A stretch of 64,000 bases of DNA. Source: a virus. The stretch is taken from positions 6,822 through 70,821 of the IMG/VR virus record IMGVR_UViG_3300032325_000432; one strand, given 5' to 3'. Under the pieces are notes generated by a model. It worked only from the letters and a program-made list of their open reading frames with translations. It was not told where the DNA came from and made no database searches. Shown in pieces: positions 55,919 to 64,000 of this stretch. The position numbers were made by a program, and so were the translations under genes. Numbering within the stretch: position 1 is the stretch's first letter; every line of letters begins with the position of its first letter.

Positions 55919-56158
55919 ATGCTAAATTTTACCTTACAACACAGCTTTAATGTTCATAATTATATTATTCAAATATCCTCTATAAATAACGATAATATAA
56001 ACTATAATTCCGTTTCTATTATAGCTTCTGGAATTTCGTATACGGATATGCCTAGTGATATGGTTAATCTCTTCACTGATGTGTCCGGTGTATATAGTAT
56101 AAGAATATTAGATCAAAATATGAATTTATTACTCAATAGTGAAAAATTTTTACCATAA
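55919..56158 (+). CDS. hypothetical protein
   Basis: ORF track. Confidence 0.45.
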   Translation: MLNFTLQHSFNVHNYIIQISSINNDNINYNSVSIIASGISYTDMPSDMVNLFTDVSGVYSIRILDQNMNLLLNSEKFLP

Positions 56159-56179
56159 ATACGAATCGTAATTTATAAA

Positions 56180-57619
56180 ATGCTATTCAAAAAAAATAAA
56201 CATGTCGGAGGATATATTGGAAGCAGCGTTCTTCCAGAAAGTTCTTTCATATCTAGCTCTGCGAACGGAGCTTATTCTCCCAACGAAATTAATGTTTTTA
56301 AGAAAAGGGCAAAATGGCCCATACTTGGAGAGGCCGACACTAATTTTAGCAATGTCGTATTTTTGTTAGCAGCAGACGGGATAAATGGTTCTGTAGTATT
56401 AAATGATTCTTCTTCTTATAATCATACAATTAATATTGTTGGTAATGCTGAGTTAAGAACAGATATAAAAAAATTCGGATCTTCTAGCTTGTATGTGTTC
56501 GGTGGATCCGCTAATGTTGCTAGTTTATCTAATAATAATTGGAATTTTAGCACTAGCGACTTCACAATAGAATGTTGGATTTATCCTACTGCTGGCATAG
56601 GAGCTTCCAGAGATATCTTGTCTAAGTTTACCACTCTATCTAGTAACTTAGATTTTCTTTTAGAGATAGATAGTGCTAATGGTAATCTAAAATTTAGTGC
56701 TGGTAATAATGCAACAATTTCTATATTGTCTAATGCTGCTATTCCACTAAATACTTGGACGAATGTGGCCGTATCGAGAGTATCCGGTGTTACACGAATG
56801 TTTGTAGACGGAGTAGTTCAATCTGCTACTCATACTGGTTCAGTATCTATCAATAATAGTACAACTACACTAACCATAGGCAAGTCCTCCACAAACTCTG
56901 ATCCATTTAGTGGTTATATTGATGAAATTAGAATAACTCGTAATGTGGGGAGGTATTCATCTTCATTTACTCCTTATAATGGCAGATTTAGTAATTTTGG
57001 ACTAGATCCTACTTTGCCAGGAATACCCACAGGATTAACTGCTACTGCTGGAAATACTGAAATCTTGTTGTCTTGGACTGCTCCAATAAACGACGGTGGT
57101 TCAGCTATTACGACTTATAACGTTGAATATACACCGTCTGGTGGCTCGCCTCAGACTGTATCTACAGGCAGCACAAGCACCAGTTACACACTCACCGGAC
57201 TAATCAATGGGACAGGATATACTGCCAGAGTACGAGCAGTAAACGCTGCGGGTAATAGCTCATACACGGCGGCGAGTAGCAGCGTGACCCCGGCTGCGAC
57301 GTTTGTGCCGGGCGCGCCGACCGGCCTTAGTACAGCTGAAGCTGGCAGTTCTTGTTTTCCGGATTGGCTCATTTCATTTTCTGCGCCTTCTAGCAACGGC
57401 GGATCGGTAATTACCGGATACAGAATCAGGACACAGGCAGATTCATTTGCGGCTTTTCGGTCAATAACAAGTGGAAATGCATTCCAAACGGCGGCAAATG
57501 GAATTGTCAACTTCGGAACATGGAACGGCGGTACTGTAAGAATTTCAGCTGTCAACGCTGTTGGAGAGGGGGCGTTCGGCACTGTAACTGTCGGACCAAC
57601 TTCGTATCAGTGCGAATAA
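56180..57619 (+). CDS. LamG/ConA-like lectin plus two FN3 domains, probable tail fibre/virion protein
   Basis: DFTIECWIY, W..VA..R, FSGYIDEIRIT; PG.PT.L.A..G....LSW.AP..DGGS.IT.Y...RAVN..G. Confidence 0.85.
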   Translation: MLFKKNKHVGGYIGSSVLPESSFISSSANGAYSPNEINVFKKRAKWPILGEADTNFSNVVFLLAADGINGSVVLNDSSSYNHTINIVGNAELRTDIKKFGSSSLYVFGGSANVASLSNNNWNFSTSDFTIECWIYPTAGIGASRDILSKFTTLSSNLDFLLEIDSANGNLKFSAGNNATISILSNAAIPLNTWTNVAVSRVSGVTRMFVDGVVQSATHTGSVSINNSTTTLTIGKSSTNSDPFSGYIDEIRITRNVGRYSSSFTPYNGRFSNFGLDPTLPGIPTGLTATAGNTEILLSWTAPINDGGSAITTYNVEYTPSGGSPQTVSTGSTSTSYTLTGLINGTGYTARVRAVNAAGNSSYTAASSSVTPAATFVPGAPTGLSTAEAGSSCFPDWLISFSAPSSNGGSVITGYRIRTQADSFAAFRSITSGNAFQTAANGIVNFGTWNGGTVRISAVNAVGEGAFGTVTVGPTSYQCE

Positions 57620-57628
57620 TTAAAAACA

Positions 57629-57733
57629 ATGAATTTCATACACCACGCCTTCACCGACGAAACAACCATCTTTCTCTTGTGCGAGATCATGCAAACGCTC
57701 TGCCTCTGCTATCTCGTTTGGAGACATCCATAA
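57629..57733 (+). CDS. small hydrophobic ORF (34 aa)
   Basis: MNFIHHAFTDETTIFLLCEIMQTLCLCYLVWRHP; continues the GC-richer segment. Confidence 0.4.
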   Translation: MNFIHHAFTDETTIFLLCEIMQTLCLCYLVWRHP

Positions 57734-57788
57734 TCTTCTTACTGTCGAAAAAACAAAATAGATTATAACAACTACAACTAAGCATACT

Positions 57789-57794
57789 GGTGTA
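57789..57794 (+). promoter_or_regulatory. GGTGTA motif (candidate late promoter element)
   Basis: intergenic, about 45 nt before ATG 57839. Confidence 0.45.
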
Positions 57795-57838
57795 TTAACT
57801 ATTAAATCGATCAATACAATACTATAAAAGGATAAAAA

Positions 57839-58204
57839 ATGGCCAATCCTAATATTAAGAATATGACCACAGTAAATGGTCAAACAGTAGCGGTGGTTGC
57901 TCCTACAACACCATCAGGATTTTTAACTAACTCATCATCTTCAAACAAAGTATATAAGATAAATCTATTGAATGCTAGTAATATAGATACTGTAAATACT
58001 ATATCTGTAAGTTTAAATCTAGTCAGATCAGTTGTTGCTCCCACAGGAACATATAGTATTATAACTAGTGTTGATGTTCCAGCCAAAGCAACTATTTCTC
58101 TTCTTGATCGACCATTATATCTTAATGAAGGAGATAGTGTTAGTGTTAATGCTGGTGGAGCAAACAAGATACATATAGTAGCTAGCTACGAAGATATTAG
58201 CTAA
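57839..58204 (+). CDS. conserved small virion-type protein (MANPNI family)
   Basis: MANPNI...KVYKIN...SNID...VPA...LYLNEGD...SYEDIS; AAGGA RBS. Confidence 0.75.
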   Translation: MANPNIKNMTTVNGQTVAVVAPTTPSGFLTNSSSSNKVYKINLLNASNIDTVNTISVSLNLVRSVVAPTGTYSIITSVDVPAKATISLLDRPLYLNEGDSVSVNAGGANKIHIVASYEDIS

Positions 58205-58224
58205 ATAAAAGAAAGAGATCCAGA

Positions 58225-59187
58225 ATGGTAGGATTATACAATGCTGATATAATACCAGTATCTGGAGTAAATGGTGCTGCTAGTAGCGTATGGTCTTTAA
58301 AGGGTTATGAGTATTATAAAAGACTAAATAGTTGGCCAAGCTCTCCAACATCTCCCGGTGTTCCTACAAGTCTAGCGGCCACACCCGGAAATTCTCAAAT
58401 AACTCTATCTTGGTTAGCTCCGTCTGATACTGGTGGTATTTCTATAACAGATTATATTATAGAGTTTAAAAATAATGATACTGATAATATTTGGCAAATT
58501 TTTAATGACGGAGTATCCAGTTTGCTCTCAGCAACAATTACCGGATTAACGAATAACAATAGCTATTCTTTTAGAATAAAAAGTGTCAATAGTATCGGAG
58601 AGAGTTCTTATAGTAGTACTTTATCAGCAACTCCTGGAGCTACTCCTATTGAACCTCTTTATATAGGTAATATAGGAGTGTCCACGTTGTATAGTGAATC
58701 TAGTTTCACGAAAATTAATAATCTCAAACTAGGTCTGACACTATCTGAACCATATGCTAATGTTGTTGTACTATCATGGGCAAAACTTAATCTAGTATTA
58801 GAAGATACTATAGTAGTAGCTCCTCTATTAGCGATATCAAGAGACAACGGCACCAGCACCTTCACGGGCAGCGGAACGGCAGGAAGTCCGTTCACGCGGG
58901 TGGCCGGAACAGAGATAGGGACACTGGACGGATTGAGCCATTACTCTTGGACTGCCAGTGCAACCGCAACGGTCTCATTCTCCTTCCAATACAGAGATAA
59001 TGATTCGTCTGGCCAAAGCTGGTCGATCACGCGGACAAGAAGCGGGAGCACGACGACACAGCTCACCGGCCAGAACAATCCTTCTGGCGTGACCGTGTCT
59101 GTCATCTCGGGTGATATAGTGAGGATTACTGCTTCCGGTGACCAGAGCCTTCAGTACTTCGCCAACGTGAGCGTATCGGCAACATAA
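58225..59187 (+). CDS. FN3-domain virion/tail-fibre-like protein
   Basis: PGVPTSL.A.PGN....LSW.AP...GG..ITDY...GLTN...Y.FRI..VN..G. Confidence 0.8.
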   Translation: MVGLYNADIIPVSGVNGAASSVWSLKGYEYYKRLNSWPSSPTSPGVPTSLAATPGNSQITLSWLAPSDTGGISITDYIIEFKNNDTDNIWQIFNDGVSSLLSATITGLTNNNSYSFRIKSVNSIGESSYSSTLSATPGATPIEPLYIGNIGVSTLYSESSFTKINNLKLGLTLSEPYANVVVLSWAKLNLVLEDTIVVAPLLAISRDNGTSTFTGSGTAGSPFTRVAGTEIGTLDGLSHYSWTASATATVSFSFQYRDNDSSGQSWSITRTRSGSTTTQLTGQNNPSGVTVSVISGDIVRITASGDQSLQYFANVSVSAT

Positions 59188-59237
59188 GGAATCTAGTATA
59201 TGTTAAGTATTCAAAATAATTTTTATAAGAGGGTTTT

Positions 59238-60677
59238 ATGTCTGTAATAACATTCGAAGGATTTGAAAATTATTCAACATTTAATGATGTAGCACTAGCT
59301 AATAATATGGAAGCTTATCAAGTTCCATCCTTAATGTCTACTTCTGATGGAATAGTAACTCCTAGAAATAATCAAACCTCTTTAAAAATGCTTAATAGTA
59401 GTAATACTAGTCTAGTAGTAGTAGGTGGAAATACATCAGGATCAGCAGGAGCTAGTACAAGACATTATTTTCCTAAATTCATTATTAAAACTTCTACCGG
59501 ATCAACTATAAATAGTGGAATACTAGGTTTCTCTTATTACTCATACATTCCCTCTGGTGGAGGCTATGGTCCATTTACTCCTATAGCAGCTGTCGTTGGA
59601 GCAGATAACAAGCCCCATTTCTATATTTGCATAAACTCTAATAGACAAGTTGAAATACGCAGATGGAACACTTCTGCCACGATGACTTCTCGCGCAGGTG
59701 CTATTACAGCGGCTAATTATGTATGGAATCAGGATCTTCCTGGATTCAATAGAAGCGCTGGATGGTATTGCGACGCAACAATTACTTCGTATGATCATCA
59801 TGTTTCTACATCCACATCAAATGCTTATGGAAATTATTGCGGCACTGGCACTGCGGGTACATATCCGTTTAATCCAATAGATCCTAATAAGTTTACTCTT
59901 GTTGGAACTAGCGATATAGGCAAAAATTTAATACAACAAAATCAATGGAATTATATAGAATTAAAGTTTGTTCTTGAAAATACTAATTCTAATACTGGCT
60001 CTTTAAGTTTAAAAATTAATAGAAATACATCAGATAATACTTTGGATATGAATTTGTCAAGTATTCAAAATAGCACACAAAATAATAAATTAACAAATAG
60101 AATAATGTTTGGAACAGTGTGGGGGCATAATTCTGCCGGAACAGCAGGAGCAGGCGATCTAAGCTGGCCCACATACATAGACGATATCTATTGGCTAGTT
60201 AATGATGGTGTTGGATTAACCGATTATCTTGGACGCATAAATATAGCAAGAGTAAATTATGATACAGTAGTCTCCAATACTATGACTCCATCTGGAGTTG
60301 CTGGATTAAGCGCTATAACAGATACATATGGAGGAGTTAATAGCTATAATTTACCTAGTGCAGCTAGCGGAACTCTAAGATCTTATAATATTAATGAGAC
60401 TCTAGATGTAAGAGCAACAGGAGTATCCTACTCTAACACCCCAATAGCTGTACAACAGTTCTTATTCGGACACAGAGAGAACGATACATGTACAATATCT
60501 TTTAGTAGCACTCTAAATGCCTCATCATCCACCCCTATTCCAATTAGCGGAATGACGACAGATAGTGTTAATGGTAAAGTGTATTTTGTATCATACACTG
60601 GAGCACCAGACGGATCATCATGGACAATAGAAAAAATCAAGAACACAACCTTTAAGCATACAATATCAAATATTTAG
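59238..60677 (+). CDS. probable virion lectin-like beta-sandwich protein
   Basis: FEGFE N-terminus, WNYIELK, YIDDIY, YLG, W...I end; Ser/Thr/Asn-rich. Confidence 0.7.
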   Translation: MSVITFEGFENYSTFNDVALANNMEAYQVPSLMSTSDGIVTPRNNQTSLKMLNSSNTSLVVVGGNTSGSAGASTRHYFPKFIIKTSTGSTINSGILGFSYYSYIPSGGGYGPFTPIAAVVGADNKPHFYICINSNRQVEIRRWNTSATMTSRAGAITAANYVWNQDLPGFNRSAGWYCDATITSYDHHVSTSTSNAYGNYCGTGTAGTYPFNPIDPNKFTLVGTSDIGKNLIQQNQWNYIELKFVLENTNSNTGSLSLKINRNTSDNTLDMNLSSIQNSTQNNKLTNRIMFGTVWGHNSAGTAGAGDLSWPTYIDDIYWLVNDGVGLTDYLGRINIARVNYDTVVSNTMTPSGVAGLSAITDTYGGVNSYNLPSAASGTLRSYNINETLDVRATGVSYSNTPIAVQQFLFGHRENDTCTISFSSTLNASSSTPIPISGMTTDSVNGKVYFVSYTGAPDGSSWTIEKIKNTTFKHTISNI

Positions 60678-60684
60678 TACTCTA

Positions 60685-61317
60685 ATGTATTATCAGATAG
60701 TAGGAAATTATGGACCTCAAAACTTTGTGGTCTCTGATCTTTTGAAGAAATCAGGAATATTTTTTAATAATTTTGAAGATTTAGACAATGACTATATGGG
60801 AAATTATACCTATAATAGTTTTCTTGAAGATTACTATAGACCATATGTCAGACATGATGAACAAGCATTTCCTTATTTAGAGAGTATGGATTTAGGATAT
60901 TATAATGAGTTAGTTAGCTATATAGGATCTAATAATTGGGACAATACTGGTTCTTGTAATTATTTAGATTTGTTGGTGTCTGATACAAATGCTTTACATA
61001 ATCAAGGAACTATAATAAATGTAGAATATCTTTTTGATGATATGTCTTCTGAGTTTATGAATCTTATAAATACTAACTACTATAATAAATACTCAAATCT
61101 TATACAAAAAAACTTAAGTGACTATAGTAGTAGTAATTGGACAATTATAGAAATAAACTATCATAAACTTATAACAGAAAACAAGTACAGAAATATGATA
61201 TATCAAAAACTTAATATAAACAATAACATAAATTTAAATAGCATATACATAAAATACCATGATACGTTTATGAGGAACATAACACAAAACACAATCTCCA
61301 ATATTTTTAATGCTTAA
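60685..61317 (+). CDS. hypothetical protein (Asn/Tyr-rich)
   Basis: ORF track. Confidence 0.6.
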   Translation: MYYQIVGNYGPQNFVVSDLLKKSGIFFNNFEDLDNDYMGNYTYNSFLEDYYRPYVRHDEQAFPYLESMDLGYYNELVSYIGSNNWDNTGSCNYLDLLVSDTNALHNQGTIINVEYLFDDMSSEFMNLINTNYYNKYSNLIQKNLSDYSSSNWTIIEINYHKLITENKYRNMIYQKLNINNNINLNSIYIKYHDTFMRNITQNTISNIFNA

Positions 61318-62035
61318 TTTAATATCGGGTTTTCCTAAATCTGGAACAACATGGTTTTGTAGAATTCTTGATGACTTACTAAAGGAAGACTATAATATTA
61401 GTCAACAAATTTCTCCAGACATTAAAAGAATATATAGACACAAAAATGAGAATAAAAAGAATGTTTTTTTATATCTTAACAACCCATTGTATACTTCAAA
61501 ATATTCTCTTATAAGTCATGACGAATGTACGATTATATATCGAAACTTTAAAAACATACTTGTTAGCTGTTATTTTCAACAAACTTATAGAGAAGCCTTA
61601 CACTATAATGGAAGTATAGATGACTTTATAACTTTTGATTATGGTGGCATAAATAGTATAGTTAATTTTTACAATTTTTTAGAGACTAACGGCAGTAATA
61701 AAAGCTATGTTTTTTATGAAAATATGTTCAATTCTTTGACCTCGCTACCTATGCTTAGAGACTATACTTTGTCAGATATAACAGAAAGCTATAGTAATAA
61801 TACGTTTGAAAAAATGAGAAAACAAGAAACTGAAAACTACTACGACCCTGACACTAGTAATGCAGATAAAATTGAGCTTTGTCCTAAAGATATCAATAAC
61901 ATTAATTCATTTAAGACTCGCTCTGGACCCAAATCGAACTATAATGATTATCTGAATGTTGAGCAAATAGAGAGAATAGACAATATTGTTAAAGATCGAT
62001 TTTTATTTCTAGAAAAACATCCTGGTGTTATATGA
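61310..62035 (+). CDS. PAPS-dependent sulfotransferase
   Basis: GFPKSGTTW 5'-PSB, YRN....VS.Y 3'-PB, FEKMRK.E, KTRSG. Confidence 0.85.
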   Translation: MLNLISGFPKSGTTWFCRILDDLLKEDYNISQQISPDIKRIYRHKNENKKNVFLYLNNPLYTSKYSLISHDECTIIYRNFKNILVSCYFQQTYREALHYNGSIDDFITFDYGGINSIVNFYNFLETNGSNKSYVFYENMFNSLTSLPMLRDYTLSDITESYSNNTFEKMRKQETENYYDPDTSNADKIELCPKDINNINSFKTRSGPKSNYNDYLNVEQIERIDNIVKDRFLFLEKHPGVI

Positions 62036-62814
62036 GTAAAATTTCTATTCCTAGTCTAAGCATTGAAGTTGTAAAACAATGCAATATTAAATGCGAAGGA
62101 TGTAATCACTTTACTAATTTTGTATCAACTAAACACATACTGTCTACAGATGAAATACATAAGAACCTAGACGAATGGAGTAAAATACTAGACCCATTAG
62201 AATTTAGAATAGTGGGGGGCGAACCATTCATCAATAAAAATCTTGCTGATACCATAGTCACGATAAGAAATTTATTCCCACAGAGTAGAATCTTAATTTT
62301 TACCAACGGTTTGCTAATTAAAAATTTTGATGATAGTTTTGCAGAGAAGATATCTGATTTGTCTGTTAATATAAGAATATCTTTACATTCTCTAGGCGAC
62401 GAATATGTTAATAAAATTTTAGATATCAAACCAAAACTGGAGAGATGGAAAAACACGTACAATATACAATACTTAATAGGAGATGCTGTATCATCCTGGA
62501 CATGGCCTTATAGGTTAGTAGATGATAAAATATATCCATTTGAAGATAATAATCAAAGATTGAGCTGGGAAAACTGTCCTTCCAAAACTTGTAGACAAAT
62601 TTACAAAGGGAAACTATATAAGTGCCAATTAACAGCATATATGCAAGATGTTGTAGATAATATGGATTCTTCGTTCCATAAGTATTTAGATTACAGGGCG
62701 GCGGAACCAAATGATTCGTATCAGTCTATTGTAGACTTTATTAATACTGAGGATGAAAGAGTTTGCGGGGCTTGTCCTATACATCCTAAAAGATTTAAAA
62801 AGCAAATAAAATGA
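62032..62814 (+). CDS. radical SAM protein
   Basis: CNIKCEGC, GGEP, TNG; C-terminal Cys cluster (C..GKLYKC...CGAC). Confidence 0.88.
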   Translation: MSKISIPSLSIEVVKQCNIKCEGCNHFTNFVSTKHILSTDEIHKNLDEWSKILDPLEFRIVGGEPFINKNLADTIVTIRNLFPQSRILIFTNGLLIKNFDDSFAEKISDLSVNIRISLHSLGDEYVNKILDIKPKLERWKNTYNIQYLIGDAVSSWTWPYRLVDDKIYPFEDNNQRLSWENCPSKTCRQIYKGKLYKCQLTAYMQDVVDNMDSSFHKYLDYRAAEPNDSYQSIVDFINTEDERVCGACPIHPKRFKKQIK

Positions 62815-63632
62815 TAAATCTAATAGGAGTGTTTAAAGATGAAGAAAAATATATTCAGGAATGGATACTATATCACTACATCATAGGTATTAAAAACTTT
62901 TCTTTGTGCTGTCATCAATGCTCCGATAATACTGCACAATTAATAAAAAATATTAGTAACATTTTAAAAGACATCTCTATTGATCTTATTATTAATGACC
63001 AAACTAATAATAGTGGATGGAAATTTAAAAATGATATTTATTCTAATTTAGTATCTTTGTCAAAAAAAGACTGGTGCTTATGCTTAGATATTGATGAATT
63101 TCTTGTTATTGATTGGAAACATCTACAAGAAATAATTTCAGATTCAAACATAGGTGCAATAGCAATATATCAAAATATATTTGGATGCTCAAATCATATT
63201 AGTAGTCCTAGAGGATTAGTGATAGATAATTATATTTATCGAAATAATGATAAAATATTAATCAATAATAACTACCCTATTTTTAACCATCCATCAGACT
63301 TGTTCAAAGAAGTTAAAATGTTGTTCAATAAAGAGGGTTTAAAAAAAATAGTAAATTCACACGAAGTAATCATAGATCAAAATACTGTTAATGAAAATCT
63401 CGATCTTTTCAAAAGATATAAAGTACAAAGAACCACAGACCATATTAAAATTAACCATTACTTTACTAAAAGTCTAGAAGATTGGACATTTAAAACGTCA
63501 CGACCAAGAATGAGCGCGGCCAATAAATATGATAGTTCATGGTTTGATTATTTTAGCTCTATGGAATATATAGATTCTTTTTTGTCTAAAGAATACAGCA
63601 ACAGAATAAAATATTATCAAAATACGGTGTAA
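62811..63632 (+). CDS. glycosyltransferase (GT2/GT92-like)
   Basis: KDE..YI.EWI.YH..IG, LDIDEF, INHYFTKS.E. Confidence 0.85.
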   Translation: MINLIGVFKDEEKYIQEWILYHYIIGIKNFSLCCHQCSDNTAQLIKNISNILKDISIDLIINDQTNNSGWKFKNDIYSNLVSLSKKDWCLCLDIDEFLVIDWKHLQEIISDSNIGAIAIYQNIFGCSNHISSPRGLVIDNYIYRNNDKILINNNYPIFNHPSDLFKEVKMLFNKEGLKKIVNSHEVIIDQNTVNENLDLFKRYKVQRTTDHIKINHYFTKSLEDWTFKTSRPRMSAANKYDSSWFDYFSSMEYIDSFLSKEYSNRIKYYQNTV

Positions 63633-63674
63633 TAATATATTACCAAGTCCGTTTTAAAATAAAAAGGAAATACA

Positions 63675-64000
63675 ATGTCTATAATACGTTTTGAAGGATT
63701 CGAGGGATATTCTTCATTTTCAGCAGTTAGAGACTATATAGATATAACATCATTTCAGTCCGCTAATATATTACAGTCTAATAACAACGTAGCTGGCACC
63801 ACACTACAAACTCTTTGTAGAAGCAGTAATTTTTTACAACTAGCATCGTCTTATTCTGGTGACATTAGTTATTTTCCAAAAATTAAAATTTTTGACAAAA
63901 CAAATAGATATAATGAATGCACAATAGGATTTAAATACTATCTAAATAGCACACAGACTATAACCTCTTTTGATCCTATAGCTATTATTGTTGATATCAA
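63675..64000 (+). CDS. partial ORF, paralog of the 59238 virion protein (runs off window)
   Basis: MSIIRFEGF...YFPK...IGFKY...FDPIA matches MSVITFEGF...YFPK...LGFSY...FTPIA; AAGGA RBS; GGTGTA at 63626. Confidence 0.75.
   Translation, partial: MSIIRFEGFEGYSSFSAVRDYIDITSFQSANILQSNNNVAGTTLQTLCRSSNFLQLASSYSGDISYFPKIKIFDKTNRYNECTIGFKYYLNSTQTITSFDPIAIIVDI

Noticed and set aside
1-64000. CRISPR array or cas genes
   Set aside because: no regularly spaced direct repeats found in any intergenic region and no Cas motifs in the ORFs
1-64000. alternative genetic code (stop-codon reassignment)
   Set aside because: long conserved genes are intact in the standard code and end at TAA, TAG and TGA at the expected positions; no suppressor tRNA seen

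Overview
This 64-kb window is a gene-dense, AT-rich segment of a large (jumbo-type) dsDNA bacteriophage genome, almost entirely + strand except one minus-strand island (about 32.5-39.5 kb). It carries nucleotide, repair and recombination genes (thyX, uvsE, HhH glycosylase, ATP-dependent ligase, RepB-type primase, ruvB, guaC, rIIA/rIIB), four free-standing HNH/EndoVII nucleases, an actin-fold ATPase, proteases (trypsin-like, S8, ClpP-like), a sigma-factor-like gene, a large set of glycosyl-, methyl- and sulfotransferases, and FN3/LamG virion-type genes. RNA genes read directly from the sequence are tRNA-Ile(UAU), a complete tmRNA (tag GEVTLALAA) and tRNA-Leu(UAA) split by a group I intron. The best novelty candidates are: (1) a tRNA-like RNA with a G3-U70 acceptor stem and no normal anticodon arm after rIIB; (2) a possible AUA/UUA codon-gated early/late translation switch served by the two phage tRNAs; (3) a Zn-ribbon/RuvA-domain-III adaptor next to RuvB, followed by a membrane protein and an actin-fold ATPase; (4) two promoter classes (sigma70 with a floating GNCGAT box, and a GGTGTA motif); (5) an HNH insertion that appears to have replaced the ligase 3' end; (6) a circularly permuted FGE-sulfatase/CLec domain. 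All protein calls are motif recognition by eye with no database search. The host is not determined.
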